Source: a virus
Direction: 5' to 3' (one strand)
Virus record (IMG/VR): IMGVR_UViG_3300029887_000017
Length of the DNA: 64,000 nucleotides
Shown here: one piece after another, positions 10,101 to 18,083 of the stretch
Layout of the letters: each line of letters opens with the position of its first letter
Numbering within the stretch: position 1 is the stretch's first letter
Position numbers and translations under genes: made by a program
Notes under the pieces: generated by a model
Told to the model about the DNA's origin: nothing
Databases searched by the model: none
Seen by the model: the letters and a program-made list of their open reading frames with translations, nothing else

Positions 10101-10940
10101 ATGTCTTAACTTGTATGGGCTTAATTTTTCCTTTGTCGCCTGACAGTAGAGGTTCATGAATTTATTAATTCCACCTACGACATAGTTGTAGAAAGAAATA
10201 TCATCCTGTGACACAAAATGATTGAAGGCAAAATGATCGAAGTTATACGAAAAGATATTTCTAATATCAGCTCCACCAGCAGCTTCCTCAATCTTCTCAA
10301 TCATTTCAATCTCGTAATCAAATTTGTTTGCAATGTTTTTGTATATGCGGATGTTGTCAAAATGGATTTTTGCATTGTCATCAACAATTCTGTAGCATGC
10401 AGATGATGAAATCTTTTCCTTTGAAAAGCAGTTCTCCCTGTTCGTAAAGAATGCTGAAAATGATGTCATGAAGCCGTTGAACATCTTGACAACCTGCATT
10501 TTCTCCTCTTTTTCCTCAGCGGAGTAGGCTCCGTTGTGCAGGATAAACTCTGGCAGGATGGAAGCGGTAATTTCTGCCTTGAACATCTTTTTGTATCTGT
10601 CATCGCTCTCAAAAATGTCATGGATGGCTTTTCTCATATCATCCTGTGCTTTTTCAAGAGCTTCCTTATTATCCTTTGTCTCCAGATACTTTTTCATTTC
10701 TGTAAAGAGCGGCTTAAAGTCAAGTTCATGAACTTTTACAAGGTTCTCATTTAAGAAGCTTCTGTAAAAGTCGTTTAAAATATTCTTAAGCTCCTGACTC
10801 ATCATATTTCTTTCCTGATCAGCTTCAATAACGCCGTGTTCTTTTATATATTTTGCCGTAATTTCTGTTGGAATCAGTCTGTTGCACAATGTTTTTGTGA
10901 CAGATGAAAGATTTGTAAAATCGTTAAAACCTGTATTCAT
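7155..10940 (-). CDS. cas12a: Cas12a (Cpf1) type V-A effector nuclease, 1261 aa
   Basis: IGIDRGERNLLY (RuvC-I), VVMEDLNSRFK (RuvC-II), QMRNS, DADANDAYGIAMKGL (RuvC-III), FQIYNKDFS and FFTNRENCFSKE blocks matching Lachnospiraceae Cas12a; start set to ATG 10938-10940 behind AAGGAGA RBS. Confidence 0.95.
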   Translation of the reverse strand: MNTGFNDFTNLSSVTKTLCNRLIPTEITAKYIKEHGVIEADQERNMMSQELKNILNDFYRSFLNENLVKVHELDFKPLFTEMKKYLETKDNKEALEKAQDDMRKAIHDIFESDDRYKKMFKAEITASILPEFILHNGAYSAEEKEEKMQVVKMFNGFMTSFSAFFTNRENCFSKEKISSSACYRIVDDNAKIHFDNIRIYKNIANKFDYEIEMIEKIEEAAGGADIRNIFSYNFDHFAFNHFVSQDDISFYNYVVGGINKFMNLYCQATKEKLSPYKLRHLHKQILCIEESLYDVPAKFNCDEDVYAAVNDFLNNVRTKSVIERLQMLGKNADSYDLDKIYISKKHFTNISQTLYRDFSVINTALTMSYIDTLPGKGKTKEKKAASMAKNTELISLGEIDKLVDKYNLCPDKAASTRSLIRSISDIVADYKANPLTMNSGIPLAENETEIAVLKEAIEPFMDIFRWCAKFKTDEPVDKDTDFYTELEDINDEIHSIVSLYNRTRNYVTKKPYNTDKFGLYFGTSSFASGWSESKEFTNNAILLAKDDKFYLGVFNAKNKPAKSIIKGHDTIQDGDYKKMVYSLLTGPNKMLPHMFISSSKAVPVYGLTDELLSDYKKGRHLKTSKNFDIDYCHKLIDYFKHCLALYTDWDCFNFKFSDTESYNDIGEFYKEVAEQGYYMNWTYIGSDDIDSLQENGQLYLFQIYNKDFSEKSFGKPSKHTAILRSLFSDENVADPVIKLCGGTEVFFRPKSIKTPVVHKKGSILVSKTYNAQEMDENGNIITVRKCVPDDVYMELYGYYNNSGTPLSAEALKYKDIVDHRTAPYDIIKDRRYTEDEFFINMPVSLNYKAENRRVNVNEMALKYIAQTKDTYIIGIDRGERNLLYVSVIDTDGNIVEQKSLNIINNVDYQAKLKQVEIMRKLARQNWKQGVKIADLKKGYLSQAVHEVAELVIKYNGIVVMEDLNSRFKEKRSKIERGVYQQFETSLIKTLNYLTFKDRKPLEAGGIANGYQLTYIPESLKNVGSQCGCILYVPAAYTSRVDPTTGFVTLFKFKDISSEKAMTDFIGRFDCIRYDAEKDLFAFEFDYDNFEIYETCAKTKWCAYTYGTRVKKTFQNRKFVSEVVIDITEEIKKTLAATDINWADGHDIKQEIIDYALSSHIFEMFKLTVQMRNSLCESKDREYDKFVSPILNASGKFFDTDAADKSLPVEADANDAYGIAMKGLYNVLQVKNNWAEGEKFKFSRLSNEDWFNFMQKRQQTNS

Positions 10941-10985
10941 CTCAATTTTCTCCTTTTTTCGCTTAAAATTCTCTCTGTATATCAT

Positions 10986-11030
10986 GAGTATGTTAGAAAT
11001 TATGCCGAGTTATGGCTTTCTATATAAGTT
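10986..11030 (-). promoter_or_regulatory. promoter cassette driving cas12a (TATATAGAAAGCC..N24..TCTAACATACT)
   Basis: reverse-oriented copy of the element-wide promoter motif ~45 nt upstream of the cas12a RBS. Confidence 0.55.
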
Positions 11031-11245
11031 TTTGCTGTTTATTTTTTGAAATCTGCGTTTATTTCAAGAGAAAGAAAAATCATACTCTGGGAAATTGATA
11101 TGGAAAGAATTTGTTGATGAGTATTATCGTCAAGGTAACAAATGTAGCATTCATGAGGGACATCCAGATTTGTGTTATTACACAAGTGCCGGCAAAACAG
11201 TGGTTCCTTATATGCGTGTACTTATTCGTAAAAAAGGAGTGTATA

Positions 11246-12025
11246 ATGAAAAATCCATTTTATCCATTTAGCATTGAAGTGTCTGGGTACACATGCTTAA
11301 AGAGTCTTGAAGAAATTTATTATAAGCGAAATGTTGAATATTATCAGAAATTCAAAAAGTTATTAATGGTATGTTCTATTCTATTAGCAATGGTTTGCAT
11401 AGTTGTAATTGTTCTTTCGGGAGGATGGATGCAGTCATTGTTTGCAACGCTATTAGGCGGTGCTTTAAGTTCTATTGTTTGGCTTATTTCAGTAATAATC
11501 ACTGATGATATGAATTATAGAATAAACCAAATAGATAACGTTATTTTACAAATAGATAAACTGAGTGTCAGTCTTCATACATTTAACCACTATTTAGTTA
11601 ATGGGATGACAGTTAAAACTATTGATTCCAATAATTTAATTTATCGTTTATGTAATCTTCTGCAAGTTGTTGTCGATTTGCAAATCATAGATAATATTGA
11701 TAGCAATGGTTTAAAATTCAAATGGGTTGATAAAACTGATATAAATGCTCAAGAATTTGAAGAACGTTCTGAACAACAAATATTATCAAATATAAATGAT
11801 ATATTAAAAATATACACTTTAGAGCAAATAAGCAATTTTGTTATTTATAATGAAAAATATTTAGACGGACAATTAAAAGGGCTGAAAGACGTACTATTAA
11901 AGCGTAAGGGTTATATTCTTTGTGGAAAAGTACCTATACCGCAGGATAAAGCTCAAAGCAGATTAAATAAAGCAAAATTGTTTGATAAAATTTTTAATCG
12001 CAGCATTCAGAAAGGAACTAAATAA
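11246..12025 (+). CDS. membrane protein (259 aa)
   Basis: ORF behind aaaaaaggagtgtataATG; two TM helices. Confidence 0.55.
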   Translation: MKNPFYPFSIEVSGYTCLKSLEEIYYKRNVEYYQKFKKLLMVCSILLAMVCIVVIVLSGGWMQSLFATLLGGALSSIVWLISVIITDDMNYRINQIDNVILQIDKLSVSLHTFNHYLVNGMTVKTIDSNNLIYRLCNLLQVVVDLQIIDNIDSNGLKFKWVDKTDINAQEFEERSEQQILSNINDILKIYTLEQISNFVIYNEKYLDGQLKGLKDVLLKRKGYILCGKVPIPQDKAQSRLNKAKLFDKIFNRSIQKGTK

Positions 12026-12027
12026 CT

Positions 12028-12372
12028 ATGAATATTAAAAAAGAATCAGTAACAATTAGAGAACTCTGTGAAAATTACAGAGATGACAATGATGGCGGTG
12101 TATATGGCTATGACAATGGAAAACATATCCTAGTTTTACGTCCAAAATATCAACTATCAACGAGAATATGTTTATTCTGACAAGGAACAGCTTCGCAGAA
12201 GATGAGGGCATACCAGAAGCAGGATGGCATTTGTCCATGCTGCGGACAGCACTTTGAATTTGAGGAAATGCAGGGCGATCACATTATTCCTTGGTCGCAG
12301 GGTGGCAGGACAGTGGATGATAATTTGCAGATGCTCTGCCAGAAGTGCAACAATGATAAGAGGGATAAGTAG
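12028..12372 (+). pseudogene. HNH endonuclease-like ORF interrupted by in-frame TGA (codon 51, 12178-12180)
   Basis: C-terminal part CPCCGQHFEFEEMQGDHIIPWSQGG..LCQKCNNDK is an HNH motif; single TGA in UGA-C context joins the two halves. Confidence 0.5.
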
Positions 12373-12510
12373 AGCGGCTTATTATAAGAGCTATAATAGG
12401 TAGAATATTTCAGTATGAGGTGCTGAAATAGGATAGCTGCGGGTTATTTGATAACGAATAACTCAATTTGTAAGAAAGTGGCGTAGTACTGCAATATTAC
12501 AGGGAAGTAT

Positions 12511-12720
12511 ATGATTATGGAAGCAATATTATCACTAATAGCCATTATTATATCGGTAATTGCTTTAATTTGTTCCTTGGCAGATACTCAATTAGCTATT
12601 GAATATTTCTTCTCAAATGAATATTTGTTAATTAAAATGAAACCTGATGCAGAATTAATCCCTCATACACATAGTTATGTATCGAATTGTAAATTTTGTA
12701 GAATTATTGATACAAGCTAA
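12511..12720 (+). CDS. small membrane protein (69 aa)
   Basis: hydrophobic ORF; weak RBS. Confidence 0.35.
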   Translation: MIMEAILSLIAIIISVIALICSLADTQLAIEYFFSNEYLLIKMKPDAELIPHTHSYVSNCKFCRIIDTS

Positions 12721-12747
12721 TGAGGAAGAACAAAAATAGGAGGATAT

Positions 12748-13176
12748 ATGGAAAATAGATTTTTATCCAAAGCAAAAGGCCAAACTAGCAAAATATGGTA
12801 TTATGGAATGCTTACGTTTTACAGCAAATACACATGTTACATAAAAGACGATCGGTATAATGAGATGATTTGTGATGCCAGCACTCTTTGCCGATGTACG
12901 GGCTTGAAAGATAAGAATGATAAACTGATTTGGGAAGGTGACATTATTTTGTTCCAAAGAGACAATGATGATTGCTCATTTCCGAATAAGGATACAAAGA
13001 AAAGACTTGGAAAAGTATTTTACAGTGACTTTAGGACAACTTTCGCTATCGGAATGGGAAAGAACGGAAGCAAATCTTTGAACGATGATTTGTGGAAATA
13101 TGTTCAAAATGGAAATCGAGTGGAAGTTATTGGTAATATTTTCGATAATCCAGAATTATTAAGAGTGCAGCCATAA
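12748..13176 (+). CDS. YopX-family protein (142 aa)
   Basis: CRCTGLKDKNDKLIWEGDII and IGNIFDNPELL motifs; paralog of 44478-44918. Confidence 0.7.
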   Translation: MENRFLSKAKGQTSKIWYYGMLTFYSKYTCYIKDDRYNEMICDASTLCRCTGLKDKNDKLIWEGDIILFQRDNDDCSFPNKDTKKRLGKVFYSDFRTTFAIGMGKNGSKSLNDDLWKYVQNGNRVEVIGNIFDNPELLRVQP

Positions 13177-13306
13177 AACTTATATAGAAACACATATCAC
13201 GCAGAAAAACTATCATACTTATAGTGAACGCGAAAGACATCTGAAAAAGATGTAATCAGGCAAATATGATTGTATTTACTATGAGAAGTAAAGAAAGGCA
13301 TTATTT

Positions 13307-13588
13307 ATGGCTAAATATTTAGACAAAACACCTGATGAATGGGAATTATTAACTGAAAAATGGCATGAAGATGAAACGATTACATGCTCGTTACAGGAAT
13401 ATTTAGGTCTTAATGATATTGAATACCGTAAATTTGTATTCGGAATTGATGATAAAGATGTTTCTGATACAGATGTTATAGAAAAATCATCAGAAATTAT
13501 AAGAGATGTAGTAACAGAACTTGTTATAAAACCAAAAATTGAAGAATTAGCAAAATGTTTAGCAAATGTAACTGATGATGTAAGATAA
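13307..13588 (+). CDS. hypothetical protein (93 aa)
   Basis: ORF. Confidence 0.45.
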   Translation: MAKYLDKTPDEWELLTEKWHEDETITCSLQEYLGLNDIEYRKFVFGIDDKDVSDTDVIEKSSEIIRDVVTELVIKPKIEELAKCLANVTDDVR

Positions 13589-14129
13589 GGAAGCGGATTT
13601 TAAAAAGGAAAATATTTAAAGGAATGACAAAAGATTCCTCCAAAAATTTTTGAAAAGCGGAAGCCGGGATGGTGCATGCTGTCCCGGTATTCGTTTTTAA
13701 ATGCAAAATATTGAAAATTGGCAGAAAAATCTATCATACTTATATTAAGCAGGGAAGACATTATTTGGATGTCATCATGCTATTTCCTCAACTTTTCGAA
13801 GCCGGGTTCTGATCGCCCGGCTTCTTTTTTTTTGCGAAAAAATAAATCATACTTATGAGGGAAGATGAACGCTGCATGAATTTCCTGGGCCAAAGAACCC
13901 AAAAGGCAGCAGCAGAAATGGAAGGGATGCCCGTTGATGCCGGGCAGGCTTTGGCTGGCCTGTCAGCTGTCGGTCTGTGCACAGCCACTTAATGGTGCAT
14001 GAACAACAGCAAAGCTATAAAGCATCCGTGGCGCAAAAGCATTTCGCGAAGCGGCTGCGCCGTGCTGTTCAGCAGCAGAGGTCATGTGCTCTTTTGTGGG
14101 TATATGGCCTTTGTTTTTGGAATTTTGGA

Positions 14130-14266
14130 CAAACGTATAGCCGGAGGCTTGCGTCCCCGGCCTGTAAAAAACAAAAAATGGAGTTGCGTTAACAGAAATG
14201 ATCATGTTTCTGTCTTGCACATATAGTATGTTAGAAATGATTCTGAGAAATGGCTTTCCATATAAG
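14130..14266. repeat. ~135-bp direct repeat copy 1 (GC hairpin + reverse-oriented promoter core)
   Basis: near-identical to 15200-15332. Confidence 0.7.
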
Positions 14267-14337
14267 GAGCCGCTGGTTTTTAATTTTCTATAATACTTTT
14301 GGCATAAGTACTGAATGATTTAGGAGGACATCATAAT

Positions 14338-15150
14338 ATGGCAGAATTAAAAGAATTAAATGATTTGTACGGTATTAACATTCCGGAAGACGCAAAACAG
14401 GTTGCAGAGGAAGCTGAAAAAAATCAAAACATCGAGCAGAACCCTCTTGATGAGCATATGTTTGATAGCGTTTCTGATTTAAAAGGTATTAATATTCCGA
14501 AAGAGCCGCAGCATGAACCTAAAGTGTTTAAAGGAGAGGCACCTAGAGATGTACGGATTCCTGATGAATACGAAGTTGTGGGGTCTAACGCTTATTGTGG
14601 CGATAACTCAATTGGGACTGTAAGCATGGGAAACGGGATATTTGTAATCAGAGACGGTGCTTTTGCAAATTGTAAGAATCTCAAGGCAGTAGATATGAGC
14701 GATAACGTAATCGAGATAGACAGCTCTGCATTCTCAGGGTGTAAGAAACTTGAAGCAGTGTATTTGTCAAAAAATCTGCGCGACATTAACATGAATGCTT
14801 TCAGGGACTGCAGCGCGCTTGAATACATGTATCTTCCTGAAAACCTTACAAGTATCGCGGCGGGAGCATTTGCAAACTGCACATCACTTGAAAAAGTTGT
14901 AATTCCTGAAAGCGTTAAATACTTGGGAATCGGCGCTTTTGCAGACTGTAAAAACTTAAAGGAGATAGATATACCGGATGCACTTCTTGCAAAAATGGAG
15001 AGAGACCCTGTTGCTAATATAGCAAACGTATTCAAGGGTACACAGCTTCCAATCAAGAAAATGCAGGCGCAGGCGAAGGCGTATGAGGCAAAACATCGTG
15101 CGGCTGTAGCAAGAAGACCAAAGAACAGGGACGCAGAAATTGAGCTTTAA
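14338..15150 (+). CDS. BspA-type leucine-rich repeat protein (270 aa)
   Basis: repeated ..AFxxCxxLxxVxLPxxVxxIGxxAF.. LRR units. Confidence 0.8.
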   Translation: MAELKELNDLYGINIPEDAKQVAEEAEKNQNIEQNPLDEHMFDSVSDLKGINIPKEPQHEPKVFKGEAPRDVRIPDEYEVVGSNAYCGDNSIGTVSMGNGIFVIRDGAFANCKNLKAVDMSDNVIEIDSSAFSGCKKLEAVYLSKNLRDINMNAFRDCSALEYMYLPENLTSIAAGAFANCTSLEKVVIPESVKYLGIGAFADCKNLKEIDIPDALLAKMERDPVANIANVFKGTQLPIKKMQAQAKAYEAKHRAAVARRPKNRDAEIEL

Positions 15151-15199
15151 AACATGCAGAACATACAGGGGCCGGATTAGTTCCGGTCTCCTTTTTTTG

Positions 15200-15332
15200 C
15201 AAACGTATAGCCGGAGGCTTGCGTCCCCGGCTCATATTTAAAAAGAAAATTGGAGTTGTGTATTAACAGATTTCCTCTGTCTTACACATATAGTATGTTA
15301 GAAATGATTTTGAGAAATGGCTTTCCATATAA
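15200..15332. repeat. ~135-bp direct repeat copy 2
   Basis: near-identical to 14130-14266. Confidence 0.7.
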
Positions 15333-15469
15333 GAACATGTAGCCATTCACCCACGCCTATGCAAATATTATAGACGTTCTACTCTAGCTGGTATGATAAA
15401 AAGACAAAGGCGGCTTTTGTAAAATCTAACATACTTTCTATATAAAAAAAGAAAGGTGGAGATAAAAAC

Positions 15470-15652
15470 ATGAATGAGTGCTATTTCTGCGGTGCATCAG
15501 GAAATACGGCGCATATTGCGTCAATTAAAGTGCGCGGCAGAAGAGACGGTGTGCGCATACAAAAGAACATAAAGATATGCGATGCGTGCCGTATCTGGAG
15601 GAACAAAGAAGACATAAGAGAAGCAGTCTCGGCAATGGAAGACTGGGATTAA
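15470..15652 (+). CDS. zinc-ribbon small protein (60 aa)
   Basis: CYFCG..CDACR; promoter cassette upstream. Confidence 0.5.
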   Translation: MNECYFCGASGNTAHIASIKVRGRRDGVRIQKNIKICDACRIWRNKEDIREAVSAMEDWD

Positions 15653-16164
15653 GGACTAATTGTTAAGTAATTAAAAACATGGAAATATGTATGCAAACAT
15701 AGACAAAAGTGGACACATTAAGTCTTTTGTTTATGGCTTAACAATAGGTTTCAAGCCTAAGTGACTGCTACTATCAAAAGATATGTTGCAGATATGAACT
15801 ACATTAAGTAGTAAGGTAAAGACGCACCTTTAGATGTAATCTTCAGTCTGAAGCTCTGTGAGTGCAAACCAAGAAACAATGCTAATGTCCTGCATTGATA
15901 ACAGGGAAACACATGTCCTCTACTTGATATTGGCACGAAGAAAAATTCTCCGAAAGGAAGGTGTCAGAAATGACAAATTACGCTTTTGTATTGGATGCTA
16001 ATAATAAACAATTAACGCCAACAAAAGTCCAACAAAACATTGTAAGAAGGTTAATGCAAGAAAATATAAAGTACTTTGGAAATGTTCTAAAATTTAATGG
16101 TTAGATAATGTGAGCTAGACACATTTATCTACATTTAAACACAAATAATTATTTCATAAGGAGG
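15653..16164. repeat. 0.5-kb direct repeat copy 1
   Basis: ~95% identical to 53470-53984. Confidence 0.85.
15970..16104 (+). CDS. small ORF inside repeat (44 aa, [28 protein letters not shown]..)
   Basis: AGGAAGG RBS; N-terminus resembles RRXRR/PLMP-type N-termini of HNH/IscB proteins. Confidence 0.4.
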   Translation: MTNYAFVLDANNKQLTPTKVQQNIVRRLMQENIKYFGNVLKFNG

Positions 16165-16171
16165 AACAAAA

Positions 16172-16429
16172 ATGGAAACAAACAGGAGAAATGAAATTAT
16201 TAAGCTTCATGACGCAATCTTAGACAGGCTTGGAATCAAGCCTGACAAGTATGAAAGAGAGGATTCGCTGATGTCAGCCATCGAGGATATTGACAACGGT
16301 CAGGACGTGCAAGCGAGTCTTGTGGACGCCATAAAGTGCGTGTACGGCAGGGAACTGACAGACATAATGTATAAATCTGTCTACGCAAACCTGAAAGGTC
16401 CTAAAGCATGGATCCAAGAGAGAGCATGA
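16172..16429 (+). CDS. hypothetical protein (85 aa)
   Basis: ORF behind cataaggaggaacaaaaATG. Confidence 0.55.
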   Translation: METNRRNEIIKLHDAILDRLGIKPDKYEREDSLMSAIEDIDNGQDVQASLVDAIKCVYGRELTDIMYKSVYANLKGPKAWIQERA

Positions 16430-16433
16430 AAAA

Positions 16434-16464
16434 AGAGAGCTGCATAACGCGGCTCTTTTTTTTG
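16434..16464 (+). terminator. intrinsic terminator
   Basis: GAGCTGC..GCGGCTC hairpin + T8. Confidence 0.6.
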
Positions 16465-16563
16465 TGAACTGTTCATATGGAAATGGAAAAATGTAACGAA
16501 GCAAACGGAAGAAAAATATATCATACTCTTTAGGGAATATCTGCGAAAGGATGAAAAATACAG

Positions 16564-17271
16564 ATGGGAAGAATCAAAGAAATATTTTCAGACATAAAAG
16601 AAGAAATCAAAAGCAGTGCAGAGGAAAGAGCAACTTATGTAAGAGTTGAAAAAGCAGTTGAAGAGACAAAAATGGCAGAGAACGCGGACTATGCAAGAAA
16701 AAAGCACATGCGGCGCGTGTATAAGGTGCAGATAATTTTCGAGGCTGTCACGCACATGCTGTACATTATGGCAGGAGGTCTGGTTGGAGTATATATAACG
16801 CATTGCATCTATAAATACGATGTGTTTGGTATTGACAGCTTTTTCAAAAACACAGGTCCAAATCATGGCACAGGAAAGATGGCGTTTCTGCAACTGATCG
16901 TAAATATGCTGCCATTTTGCTTTTCGCTCAAACTATTTGAGACAGCCCGACAACCGCTTCGTTTGATAATCTGGCGGGTTAAGAGCAAGATATATGCACC
17001 AATTTTTATAAAGCGTCTGACAAAAGAGAAAATGGACAAAATGCATATCAAGAACTTTCTTTGTTTTTCATACACTTATATGACACCGGCATTTACATAT
17101 ATACATTTAGATGCCCATGGACGAAAGCATGAGATTATATACCAATTTTCTGATGAACAGGCAGATGAGCTGGAAAGAAAATGCAAAGAAATTTTTCCAG
17201 AGCCTGAAAGCAATGTATCAGATTATGTCGCATTTGCTTTGAATAATTACAGAAAAATGCAGAAGAACTAA
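16564..17271 (+). CDS. membrane protein (235 aa)
   Basis: ORF with several TM segments. Confidence 0.5.
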   Translation: MGRIKEIFSDIKEEIKSSAEERATYVRVEKAVEETKMAENADYARKKHMRRVYKVQIIFEAVTHMLYIMAGGLVGVYITHCIYKYDVFGIDSFFKNTGPNHGTGKMAFLQLIVNMLPFCFSLKLFETARQPLRLIIWRVKSKIYAPIFIKRLTKEKMDKMHIKNFLCFSYTYMTPAFTYIHLDAHGRKHEIIYQFSDEQADELERKCKEIFPEPESNVSDYVAFALNNYRKMQKN

Positions 17272-17383
17272 AAATAATAATTAATTTCCCGGTACGCAGA
17301 TACCGGGATTTTTACGTGCAAAATTCCATTAACGCAAAAACTATCATACTTTTTATATAAAAAAGAGAAAAGGAGGAAAACAA

Positions 17384-17752
17384 ATGAACAACGAAGACAT
17401 AAGAATGGAGGAAAATAATATGAAATGTAACTACATTGAGTATCATAGATTAACCGACCAAATGTTTTATGGTGCTGCACAAACGGACGTGCATCTAAAT
17501 CAATATACAGAGGTTTTAAGACAATATCTTATAAATGGTGGTGCAGGTGATATAATGCTAAAACTTGGTATTGGAATACAACTCACAACCAAAAAAACTA
17601 TTTTATTACCTGAAGAAGTTGTTATGAGAAGATTCATATGGCTTAAAGGTAATAGAAAAGGAGAATTATTAGAAAGATATGAAATAGAGGCATTAGGAAT
17701 GTTTCTTCCTGGTGGTGCTTTATATGGAAAAGAAGATGATTATAAATGGTAA
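17384..17752 (+). CDS. hypothetical protein (122 aa)
   Basis: ORF behind promoter cassette and aaaggaggaaaacaaATG. Confidence 0.6.
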   Translation: MNNEDIRMEENNMKCNYIEYHRLTDQMFYGAAQTDVHLNQYTEVLRQYLINGGAGDIMLKLGIGIQLTTKKTILLPEEVVMRRFIWLKGNRKGELLERYEIEALGMFLPGGALYGKEDDYKW

Positions 17753-17790
17753 TGAAACGATAATTTACTGTGAAGATTGGAGAAACGATT

Positions 17791-17991
17791 ATGTTAAAGC
17801 GTGATTTAATGGATGAACTATACAAAACAGCATATAAACGGTACAGAGAAAAATATCCGAATAAGGATTTTGCAGCTGTTCCAAATTTTTTAGATTCGCT
17901 TTGGTTTAGCATTGAAGGCGAACTTAATAGAAATGGATATGATGCGGCAAAAAAGTATGTAGAGGAAGCAGAATTAATTGAGCTTGAATAA
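17791..17991 (+). CDS. hypothetical protein (66 aa)
   Basis: start moved to ATG 17791 behind gattggagaaacgattATG. Confidence 0.5.
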   Translation: MLKRDLMDELYKTAYKRYREKYPNKDFAAVPNFLDSLWFSIEGELNRNGYDAAKKYVEEAELIELE

Positions 17992-18020
17992 AAAAGAGAG
18001 GGTTTTCCCTCTTTTTTTGT
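17991..18020 (+). terminator. intrinsic terminator
   Basis: GAGAGGG..CCCTCTC hairpin + T7. Confidence 0.6.
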
Positions 18021-18029
18021 GCCAATAAT

Positions 18030-18062
18030 GTAAAAACTATCATACTTTCCATATAAAAATAA
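18030..18062 (+). promoter_or_regulatory. promoter cassette (AAAAACTATCATACTTTCCATATAAAAAT)
   Basis: motif family member. Confidence 0.5.
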
Positions 18063-18083
18063 AGAAAAATGGAGGAAAAACAA

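Noticed and set aside
7267-10754. Short + strand ORFs (7267-7467, 7464-7775, 8792-8980, 10218-10406, 10534-10754) and short minus ORFs inside cas12a
   Set aside because: Antisense or out-of-frame within a well-supported 1261-aa Cas12a CDS; no RBS.
13860-14130. GC-richer ~270-bp island with a 38-aa ORF between two promoter cassettes
   Set aside because: No RBS, atypical composition, no convincing coding signal; possibly a captured foreign fragment but nothing testable from sequence alone.
14592-15056. 154-aa minus-strand ORF inside the LRR gene
   Set aside because: Antisense to a strongly supported repeat protein.
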